NCBI GenBank assembly: GCA_965247115.1
Contig: CBDFGR010000002.1
Location: 1,632,001 to 1,696,000, forward strand
Reading direction: 5' to 3'
Length of the DNA: 64,000 nucleotides
Origin: Myxococcota bacterium
GTDB taxonomy: Bacteria > Myxococcota_A > UBA9160 > SZUA-336
Part shown: positions 19,685 to 27,861 of the stretch, piece after piece
How positions within the stretch are numbered: the first letter of the stretch is position 1
Layout of the letters: each line of letters begins with the position of its first letter
Notes under the pieces: generated by a model
What the model was told of the DNA's origin: nothing
The model's input: only the letters and a program-made list of their open reading frames with translations
Database searches by the model: none
Made by a program: the position numbers and the translations under genes

Positions 19685-19796
19685 GTCGGAGGTCCGGAAA
19701 CGTCCCGGGCGGACTCCGCTCCTTGCGTGCACAGAGGAACTGCACGCCTCCGGCACCGCTACCACAGTCCGCCGGAGGACGTTCCCGACCTCCGAC
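19685..19796. other. Long branched hairpin (~112 nt) right after nuoN
   Basis: GTCGGAGGTC/GACCTCCGAC, AACGTCC/GGACGTT, GGCGGACT/AGTCCGCC and inner GCGTGCA/TGCACGC pairings. Confidence 0.6.
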
Positions 19797-19886
19797 TCCT
19801 TGCCAAACCAGCACCCTGCAAGCGCCGCAGAGCGGCGCGCGCAGCGAAGGCCGGCGCGCGCAGCGCAAGCGCCGAAGGCCGAAGGC

Positions 19887-19935
19887 GAGCGAAGAGTGGG
19901 TGGCCGCGGACGCCCGCGGCCGGGTCCCACAAGAC
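19887..19935 (-). repeat. REP-like repeat family A, copy 2, followed on the minus strand by GC-rich CCTTCGG/GCGCGC mini-hairpins down to ~19820
   Basis: Reverse complement begins GTCTTGTGGGACCCGGC starting at the G of a TAG stop; compare 4540. Confidence 0.7.
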
Positions 19936-20954
19936 TAGCTCTTCAGGACCAGCTCCAGGGCGGCTCTGGCGGAGCGGGGTGGGGATTCGGCGAACCGTTT
20001 GATGTCGATGCCTTCGGCCTTGCCCATGGAGCCGTCTATGTAGCGGCGGTAGACGCCCTCGGTGATGGCGGCGCTGCGCCAGTAGGAGAGGGCTCGGTAG
20101 TAGTCGATGCGTGAGAGGTTGCGAGCAGAAGAGCGGGCGTAGCGCTCGATCAGGTCTTCGCGCGTTTGGAAGCCGCCGGCGGCTGTCGGGGTATTGTCTG
20201 CGCGGCCGTCCGCATCGCCGGGGGATACCCAGCTGTTGAGCAGGTAGCCCACGTCCGCCAGCGGGTCGCCGAGGGTGCAGAGCTCCCAGTCGAGCACTGC
20301 CTGGATTTTGGAACCTGTGATGATCATGTTGCCCAGGCGGTAGTCGCCGTGGGCGATGCTAGCGCCGATCTGCTCGGGCATGCGGCGCTCGAGCTCCCTG
20401 TGTGCTTCTTCCATCTCCGGGATCTCTCGGGTCTTGGAGTTCTCCCACTGCATGGACCAGCGGCGTAGCTGGCGGGCGATGTAGCCTTCCTTGCGGCCGA
20501 GGTCGCCCAGGCCGACGGCGTCCGGATTGACCTTGTGGAGGCTTACCAGCACGTCGACCACGTCGTTCCCGATCAGTACCCGATCTTCGGCCGCCAGTTT
20601 GGCGCCGTCGGCCGAGCTATAGGGGACCATGCCTTCGACGAATCCCATCACGTAGAACGGGGCATCGTTTACGGCAGGGTCTTCGCAGAGTCCCAGTATC
20701 GGAGGCACGGGGACGTCGGTGGGTCCCAGCGCCGACACGATCTTGTGCTCTCGTGCCATGTCGTGAGCGCTCTGGAGGATGCCGGCGAACGGCGGACGTC
20801 GCAGTACGAAGGCGCCTCCCTCGCTGTCCGTCACCTTGAAGGTCAGGTTCGAGTGCCCGCCCACCATCAGCTCGAAGTGGAGTGGCGGTCGCGCTTGGTG
20901 GACGTTCTCCTGGAACCACTCGGTCACGCTGTCCGCGCGAATACCCTCGACCAT
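19935..20954 (-). CDS. Phosphotransferase (APH/ACAD10-11 N-terminal-like) family protein
   Basis: GGHSNLTF, VLRRPP, SAHDMARE, HGDYRLGN, LDWELCTLGDPLADVGY. Confidence 0.9.
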   Translation of the reverse strand: MVEGIRADSVTEWFQENVHQARPPLHFELMVGGHSNLTFKVTDSEGGAFVLRRPPFAGILQSAHDMAREHKIVSALGPTDVPVPPILGLCEDPAVNDAPFYVMGFVEGMVPYSSADGAKLAAEDRVLIGNDVVDVLVSLHKVNPDAVGLGDLGRKEGYIARQLRRWSMQWENSKTREIPEMEEAHRELERRMPEQIGASIAHGDYRLGNMIITGSKIQAVLDWELCTLGDPLADVGYLLNSWVSPGDADGRADNTPTAAGGFQTREDLIERYARSSARNLSRIDYYRALSYWRSAAITEGVYRRYIDGSMGKAEGIDIKRFAESPPRSARAALELVLKS

Positions 20955-21098
20955 GGCGACGATTCTATACGACCCATGCGCAAAGGGGAGCAGCCTCTGA
21001 GCGGAGGTCCCGCAATGCAGACCCCGTGGATCTATGATGATCCCGAGGAGGAGTCATGCGAGCTGCAGTGACGCGCCCCGCGACGTGGAGACTGACAG

Positions 21099-22742
21099 GT
21101 GACGGTGCCTGAAGCCCCTGACCCCGCTGGGGGCGGAGCGCCGGCCGCAGCGCCGGTCGGTGGACGCTACGCAAAGTACGTCCTCGCGGTCCTGGTCCTC
21201 GTCTACATCTTCAACTTCATCGACCGGCAGATCCTCTCGATCCTGGCAGAGGAGATAAAGGCTGACATCGGGATTTCGGACGCTCAGCTCGGCTTCCTGT
21301 ATGGAACGGCCTTCGCGGTGTTCTACGCCGTGTTCGGGATCCCGCTCGGCAGGCTGGGTGACGTGTGGGTACGCAAGAGCCTGATCTCGATCGGCCTGGC
21401 CTTCTGGAGCGTGATGACCGCCCTCTCGGGTACGGCACGCAGCTTCCTCACGCTCGGCACGTACCGCATCGGTGTCGGCGTCGGCGAGGCGAGCGCGACG
21501 CCCGCGGCCTTCTCCATGCTCTCCGACTACTTTCCGCCGAGCCAGCGCGCGACGGCCCTCGCGGTCTACTCGAGTGGCGTCTACATCGGTGCTGGGATCG
21601 GCATCTTTCTCGGCGGCTGGATCGTCGATGCGTGGGCGGCAGCCTTTCCCGACGGGGACTCCCCGTTCGGCCTGCGCGGTTGGCAGGCCGCCTTCTTCGT
21701 GGTGGGTCTTCCTGGCGTCCTCATGGCGCTCTGGGTGGGGTCGCTGCGCGAGCCCATCCGCGGGCAGAGCGAGGGGATCACCGAGGCCACGCCGCATCCC
21801 CATCCGTTTCGCGAGCTGGCCCGGGAGCTTGCGGCGGTGCTGCCCCCGCTCACGTTGAGAACGCTGTGGCGGGCCGGGGTGGGACCTCGCGGCATGCTGA
21901 TCAACCTGGCCTTTGCAACCGCCCTCGCGGTCCTCGCCTGGCTGCTGGGCGACTTGCTCGGCTCACCCGAGCAGTGGATCGCTCTCGGGATCGGCGTGTA
22001 TGCCTCCTTCTCCTGGGCTCAGGGGCTCGCCCTACGCGATCCTCCCACCTTCGCCATGATCTTCAAGAGTCGTGCGTTGATCTACGCGAGCCTCGCGTTC
22101 CCCTCGATCGCGTTTGTCACCTACGGGCTGGGCTTCTGGGTTGCTCCCTTCTTTCTGCGCGTGCACGGTGTCAGCGCTGGCGAGGCCGGAACCTTTCTCG
22201 GGCTCGCGACCGCCCTTGGCGGCTGGCTGGGCGTTACCGCTGGCGGCTACCTGTCCGATGTCTTCAAGCGCCGGAGGGCGAACGCCCGGCTCTACATGGG
22301 CTACGCCACGGTGGTGCTATCGGTCCCGGTGGGCCTCTGGCTGCTCTCGACGGACAACCTCTACCTGGCCTACGCGCTCAATTTCGTGTTCGCGATCGTT
22401 TCCCCGCTCTGGATCGGTGGGGCTGCAACGCTTGTGAACGAGCTCGTCATGCCGCGCATGCGGGGTACCGCCTCTGCGTTCTACATCCTGATGATCACGT
22501 TCATCGGGCTCGCGCTAGGTCCCTACAGCATCGGTAAGCTGAGCGATGCCCTCGCTCAGGGGGGGATGGCGAGTGGTGAGGCGCTGCGCACGAGCATGAT
22601 GCTTGGGCTCGGACCCTTTGCGCTCACGCTGCTCTTCCTGTTGCTGGCCTCCCGACACGTCAAGGTCGAGGAGGACGGCCGCCTCGAGCGAGCGCTCGCG
22701 GCCGGTGAGCCGACCACGCCGATCGCGATCCCCGCGGAGTAA
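21099..22742 (+). CDS. Spinster-like MFS transporter
   Basis: YIFNFIDRQILSIL, GIPLGRLGD, RIGVGVGEA, SMLSDYFP; many TM segments. Confidence 0.9.
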   Translation: MTVPEAPDPAGGGAPAAAPVGGRYAKYVLAVLVLVYIFNFIDRQILSILAEEIKADIGISDAQLGFLYGTAFAVFYAVFGIPLGRLGDVWVRKSLISIGLAFWSVMTALSGTARSFLTLGTYRIGVGVGEASATPAAFSMLSDYFPPSQRATALAVYSSGVYIGAGIGIFLGGWIVDAWAAAFPDGDSPFGLRGWQAAFFVVGLPGVLMALWVGSLREPIRGQSEGITEATPHPHPFRELARELAAVLPPLTLRTLWRAGVGPRGMLINLAFATALAVLAWLLGDLLGSPEQWIALGIGVYASFSWAQGLALRDPPTFAMIFKSRALIYASLAFPSIAFVTYGLGFWVAPFFLRVHGVSAGEAGTFLGLATALGGWLGVTAGGYLSDVFKRRRANARLYMGYATVVLSVPVGLWLLSTDNLYLAYALNFVFAIVSPLWIGGAATLVNELVMPRMRGTASAFYILMITFIGLALGPYSIGKLSDALAQGGMASGEALRTSMMLGLGPFALTLLFLLLASRHVKVEEDGRLERALAAGEPTTPIAIPAE

Positions 22743-22814
22743 GACCGGCGCCGCTGAAGGCAGTCTCCGCGCCCGCCGATAGTGCGAACGTAGGCACCAG
22801 CAGGGGACACCCAC

Positions 22815-24074
22815 ATTCCCGAGGCGACACAAATCCTGCTTCGCACCCTGGTCGCCCTGAGCCTGGGAGCTCTGGTCGGGCTGGAGCGCCAGGTTGCCCA
22901 GGGCGAGAGCGGGGGAGAGAAGGACTTCCCCGGCGTGCGCACCCTGGCGTTCATGTCGCTGCTCGGTGCCCTGGCGGTGCTGCTGGGCCGACTCCTCCAT
23001 CCCTTGCTGGCGGTGGCCCTGTTCGCGGCAGGCTCGACGTTCCTGGTACTGCGCTATCGCTTCGACGCGTCGGAGCGCGGGGATCCCGGCTACACCACCG
23101 AGATCGCGAGCCTCTGCACGTTCGCAGTCGGCGCCCTCGCCCAGCTCGGTGAGCTGGGCGTTGCGGCCGCCATCACGATTCTCATGGTCGCCCTGCTGCG
23201 TTCCAAGCGGGTCATGCACGCGGCCGGTGAGCTGCTGTCGCCGAGGGATATGGAGGTGCTGATCCGCTTCCTGGTGATCGCCGGCATCGTCTTTCCGCTG
23301 TTGCCGGACCAGGCCGTGGATCCGTTCTACGAGGTCGTGCGGCCGCGCGACGTCTGGCGCATGGTGGTGCTGATCTCCGGACTGTCCTTTACGGGCTACG
23401 TATTGATGCGTGTGCGCGCCGGTCGTTCGGGATACCTGGTGACCGGGCTGTTGAGCGGCCTGGTCTCGAGCACCGCCGCCACGCTGGCCTACTCTCGCGC
23501 CGCGCGAGCCCAGACTCAGGCTCGTCACTTTGACGCGCTGATCGCATTCGCGGCCTCTGCCTCCTTCGTACGCATGGGGGTCCTGCTGGCCGTCGTCGCA
23601 CCGCGCACACTGCCGAGTGTGGTGTTGCCGTTTGGGGCGATGTTCGCGAGCGGGCTAGCGCTCGGCTTTCTGCGCCATCGCCCGGATGCGGGCGTGAGCG
23701 AGCAGGAGGGCTTCGGCAACCCGCTCACCATGCGGGTAGCCTTCGCGTTTGCCGCGCTCTACGCGCTCGTTCTACTCCTGCTGGCGTTTGCTCGCGATCA
23801 TTTCTCGGAGCTCGGCGTCTACGGGCTCTCAGCGGTCGTGGCCCTGGTCGGTGCAGATGCACCGAGCCTCTCGCTGGCGCGCCTGGCCAACGACGCCATC
23901 CTCCCCGTAGATAGCGCGGCCGTCGCCCTCGTCGTCGTCGCGATTGCTGCGACGCTCGGCAAGTTCCTCATCCTCCTCGTGGTGGGCCGCACGATCTCCC
24001 GCAGCGTCGCCTCCACACTCCTCGCCATCGCCGCCGTCGGCGCCGTCACCCTAGCCGCAACCCAGGCCCTCTAA
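22815..24074 (+). CDS. MgtC/SapB-family membrane protein with DUF4010-like C-terminal region; probable non-canonical start
   Basis: In-frame LVALSLGALVGLERQ...GVRTL lies upstream of the ORF-track start 22935; GYTTEIA, VWRMVVLISGLSF, GLVSSTA; start position uncertain. Confidence 0.8.
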   Translation: MPEATQILLRTLVALSLGALVGLERQVAQGESGGEKDFPGVRTLAFMSLLGALAVLLGRLLHPLLAVALFAAGSTFLVLRYRFDASERGDPGYTTEIASLCTFAVGALAQLGELGVAAAITILMVALLRSKRVMHAAGELLSPRDMEVLIRFLVIAGIVFPLLPDQAVDPFYEVVRPRDVWRMVVLISGLSFTGYVLMRVRAGRSGYLVTGLLSGLVSSTAATLAYSRAARAQTQARHFDALIAFAASASFVRMGVLLAVVAPRTLPSVVLPFGAMFASGLALGFLRHRPDAGVSEQEGFGNPLTMRVAFAFAALYALVLLLLAFARDHFSELGVYGLSAVVALVGADAPSLSLARLANDAILPVDSAAVALVVVAIAATLGKFLILLVVGRTISRSVASTLLAIAAVGAVTLAATQAL

Positions 24075-24077
24075 AGT

Positions 24078-24133
24078 CGAACTTAAGGACCGTCCCTAAG
24101 TTCGCTTTCGAGGAAAGTTATAATTAAGGGTCC
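24078..24133. repeat. Palindromic element, family B relative
   Basis: CGAACTTAAGGACCGTCCCTAAGTTCG near-palindrome (24078-24104) sharing AGGACCGTCCC(C/T)AAGTT with 4666-4682, followed by AAGTTATAA as at 4653. Confidence 0.65.
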
Positions 24134-24143
24134 TTCGGTGAGC

Positions 24144-26070
24144 TCAGCTCTCTGATTTGCGGAGGATGCGGATGTTGTCGCGGCGGATGGTGAGTTTTTC
24201 TGAGTCGAAGAACTCCATCAGCGGGACGGTGTGCTTGCGGCTCTGGCCGGTTAGGGTCTTGTAGCTGGCGGGGTTGATCTCGCCGTGCTGCTTCAGGAAG
24301 TCGACCACCTTCTCGCGCAGCGCCTCGAGCGGGGCGCGGTCGAAGTAGAGGTCCGACGAGACGCGCACGATGCGTTGCTCGCGCACGAGATGGTCGATGA
24401 CGGGCCGCAACGCTCTCGTGTCGGAGTCGAGCGAGCGTGCGAGCGCGTCGAGGTTGTCGGGGCCTAGCCCAGCGCTGGCGATGCGTTCGTAGACGCGCTC
24501 GGCCAGCTGCGGATCGGCGACGTGCGCACGGTGACGCGGGCTGCTGTGCCCACTCGGGCCGCTGCTCAACGCTCCGCTCTCGACGGCGGCGTCGAGTGCT
24601 GCGCGGACGGCCTCATCCGGGGCGTGGGAGGAGACGTTCGCGCGGATCGCCGCGAAACCGACCCAGGGATCGGTCGGCACCTTCTGGTGATGGGACTCGA
24701 CGGCGTCCACTACCAGGACCTGGAGCTCGTCGAAGGCCGTGTGATCCAGCCAGCGGCTGCCTCCGATCGCGACGCCCTTGATCCCCTCGAGCGAGCGTAG
24801 CTCCTGCAGCAGATCGTGCTCGAGTACCCCGCGGATCCCCGCCCTTCGCAGCCGGGCGGTGAGCGCCCCCGCCTGGTCCCCGGCTGCGGACAGCTGCAGG
24901 TCGGCCACCCTCTCGGACCGCGGGCGGCGGCCGCGCGCGGGCGCCGCATCGAGAATGCGTCCGCCGCCGATCGTCCAGCCACCGGACGGGATGCGGCTGA
25001 AGCCGCGCAGGATGAAGCGGTCCCCTTCGACCGCGACCAGCGGCAGATCGAAGCGCAGCTCTGCCAGTCCGCGCTCGCCGGGCTCGAGCGTGTCGCGCTC
25101 GAGGAGCAGCACGCGCGCACTGCGCTCGGACGTACCGACGTGCACGCTCACGCTGGCGCCGTTCCGGAGCGGAGGGAGCGTCGCGCAGCAGGACGAGCTC
25201 GACTCCCAGGCGCGGCCGATACGCCAGTCGTTCCGGCGTCGCGACGACGCTTCCTCGGGGAACAGCGGACAGCTCGATCCCCTGTAGGTTGATCGCGCAG
25301 CGCGAGCCGGGACCGACACGCTTCACCGACGCACCGTGCACCTGGAGCCCACGGATCCTGGCCTGGATCGGGCTCCGGCCCCGCTCGGAGAGCACGTCCA
25401 CGACCTGGTCCTCCTCGAGGCTCCCACCGCGCAGAGTCCCGGTCACGACCGTGCCGAAGCCCTTCATGCTGAAGACCCGGTCCACGGGGAGCCAGGCCGG
25501 GCCGTCTCGGAGCGTCGGTATCGCGCCGGCTCCGGAGACTTCGTCGAGGGTTGCGACCAGCTCGTCGAGCCCGGTGCCCTCCGTGGCGGAGGTCGAGACG
25601 ATCGGTGCGCCCTCGAGGTGGGTCCCGCGCAGCTCCTCCTCCACCTCGAGCCGTGCGAGCTCGGCGAGCTCGTCATCGATCGAGTCCACCTTGGTGAGAG
25701 CGACCACGCCGCGCTCGATCCCGAGCAGGTCACAGATGGCGAGGTGCTCGCGGCTCTGCGGCATCATGCCCTCGTCCGCCGCGACAGCGAACAGGACCAG
25801 GTCGATGCCCGTGGCCCCCGCCACCATGGTGCGCACCAGGCGCTCGTGTCCCGGTACGTCGACGATCCCGAGCACCCGACCCGAAGGGAGCGCGAGCTGC
25901 GCAAAGCCGAGCTCGATCGTGATCCCGCGCTCCTTCTCCTCGGGCAGGCGATCACAGTCCACACCGGTCAGGGCCTTCACGAGCGCGGTCTTGCCGTGGT
26001 CGATGTGACCTGCGCTGCCGAGGATCAGTCTGCTCTCGGAGCCGCTCTCCGACGTGGGTTCGTCAGCCAC
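24144..26070 (-). pseudogene. selB: Selenocysteine-specific elongation factor SelB, split by an apparent 1-nt insertion at 25174-25176 (may be an assembly error)
   Basis: N-terminal frame: [35 protein letters not shown]-terminal frame: GDRFILR..TIGGG, winged helix SRKHTVPLMEFFD; deleting one C gives a 641-aa ORF. Confidence 0.9.
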
Positions 26071-27331
26071 CGATCCGATCGAAGCCCGTGTAGGGTCTGA
26101 GTGCCTGGGGGATCACGATGGAGCCATCCGCTTGCTGGTGGTTCTCGAGCACGGCAATGATCCCGCGCGACATCGCGACGCCGGTTCCGTTCAAGAGATG
26201 ACAGAAACGAGGCTTGCCGGAGCCCGGGTCGCGGAAGCGCACGTTCAGCCGACGCGCCTGGTAGTCGGTGCAGTTCGACGTGCTGGTGACCTCGCCCCAG
26301 CCACCTCCCTCGCCGCGCATGGGCATCCACGCCTCGAGGTCGTACTTGCGAAACGCCGGCGCGCCGAGATCGCCCGTACAACAGTCGACGACCCGATAGG
26401 GAATCTCGAGCCGGGAAAAGAGCTCCTCCTCGAGCCCGACGATCTCCTCGTGCATGTCATCGGACTGCTCCGGCGTGGTGAAGGTGAACATCTCGACCTT
26501 CGTGAACTGGTGCACGCGATAGAGTCCACGGCTCGCGCGCCCGTGAGCGCCCGCCTCGGTGCGGAAGCAGTGCGAGAGCCCGCAGTAGCGGAGGGGTAGC
26601 CGCTCCGCGTCGAGGATCTCGTCTGCGTGAAGGCCCCCGAGCGTGATCTCGGCCGTGCCTACGAGAACCAGGTCGCTGTTCGCTATCGAGTACACCTGCG
26701 TCTCTTCGCCGCGCGGGTTGTAGCCGAATCCTGCGGCGATCTGCGAGCGCGCGAGGTCCGGAGTCTGCAGCAAGGTGAAGTTCCTGCCGCGCAGGAAGTC
26801 GAGCGTAAAGCGAACCAGCGCCTGCTCCAGCAGCACGAGCTCGTCCTTCAGGTAGTAGAACTTCTGGCCGGCGACCTTTGCACCCGACTCGAAGTCGAGG
26901 ATGTCGTGCAGCTCACCCAGCTCCACGTGGTCCTTCGGCTGGAAGTCGAAGGAGGGCGGGTCGCTCGAGCGGCGCAGCTCCCGGTTGTTCTCCTCGCCAG
27001 CTCCGACCGGCGCGTCGGGGTGCGCCATGTTGGGAACCAGAACGTGCAGCTCGCCTAGCTCCGTCAAGGCAGACTGCAGCCGTTGGTCGAGGTCCGCGCT
27101 CGTCTGCTTGAGCTCCTTGCCCCGCTCGCGCTCCTCCTCGGAGGGCTTCCGTCCCTTCATGGTCTTCGACAGCTCGTTGTGGCGCTCGCGTACGGACTGC
27201 TGCTCCGCGATCAGGCTGCGGCGCAGCTCGTCGAGCTCGACCAGTCGGTCCAGGTCGATCTCCAGATTGCGGTTGGCGCAGTTCTCGCGCACCGCCTCCA
27301 GGTTCTCGCGAATGAAGCGTAGATCCAGCAT
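26063..27331 (-). CDS. serS: Serine-tRNA ligase
   Basis: MLDLRFIREN, GTAE, CFRTEAG, GLYRVHQFTKVE, STSNCTDYQARRL, LNGTG. Confidence 0.96.
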   Translation of the reverse strand: MLDLRFIRENLEAVRENCANRNLEIDLDRLVELDELRRSLIAEQQSVRERHNELSKTMKGRKPSEEERERGKELKQTSADLDQRLQSALTELGELHVLVPNMAHPDAPVGAGEENNRELRRSSDPPSFDFQPKDHVELGELHDILDFESGAKVAGQKFYYLKDELVLLEQALVRFTLDFLRGRNFTLLQTPDLARSQIAAGFGYNPRGEETQVYSIANSDLVLVGTAEITLGGLHADEILDAERLPLRYCGLSHCFRTEAGAHGRASRGLYRVHQFTKVEMFTFTTPEQSDDMHEEIVGLEEELFSRLEIPYRVVDCCTGDLGAPAFRKYDLEAWMPMRGEGGGWGEVTSTSNCTDYQARRLNVRFRDPGSGKPRFCHLLNGTGVAMSRGIIAVLENHQQADGSIVIPQALRPYTGFDRIGG

Positions 27332-27412
27332 CGAAAGTCCCGAGCATCTACACTAGCGCACTGCGGACCCCGTAAGCGCGCGCCGAGCTCACCAGCGCAA
27401 GGAGATGCTGCT

Positions 27413-27850
27413 GTGGAGAGAATACTCGTACCCGTGGACTTCTCGGCCCCCTCCGGTAGGGCACTCGAGCACGCCATCGATCTCGCGAAGACCTTCGGCG
27501 CAAGGATCGACCTGATCCACGTCTACCAGGTCCCGGTCGCCATCTCGGGACCCTACGCGGAGCCGCTGCCAGCCGCCTACAACGAGGGTGTCCGCAAGGC
27601 GGCGCAGTCGGAGCTGGACGAGTGGCTGGGGCGCGTCACCGCGGCAGGAATCTCCGCTGAGGCGCACCTGGTCGAAGGACCCGCGCCGACGGAGATCGTG
27701 GAGGCCGCCGACCGGCTGGGGTCTGACCAGATCGTGATCGGGACCCGCGGCCTGACAGGACTGAAGCACCTCATGCTCGGGAGCGTGGCCGAGCGCACGG
27801 TGCGACTGGCCCGCTGCCCGGTGACGACCGTGCCGGCGGAGGAGGACTAG
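27413..27850 (+). CDS. Universal stress protein
   Basis: ILVPVDFS, IVIGTRGLTG..LGSVAERTVRLARCPV. Confidence 0.93.
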   Translation: MERILVPVDFSAPSGRALEHAIDLAKTFGARIDLIHVYQVPVAISGPYAEPLPAAYNEGVRKAAQSELDEWLGRVTAAGISAEAHLVEGPAPTEIVEAADRLGSDQIVIGTRGLTGLKHLMLGSVAERTVRLARCPVTTVPAEED

Positions 27851-27861
27851 ACGGCCCCCGG

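Noticed and set aside
19690..19705. SRP RNA-like AGGTCCGGAA
   Set aside because: The following conserved GGAAGCAGC and the helix-8 pairing are missing.
27332..27412. tRNA-Sec (selC) next to serS-selB
   Set aside because: No cloverleaf, TCA anticodon arm or T-loop motif found here or in other intergenic gaps I read.
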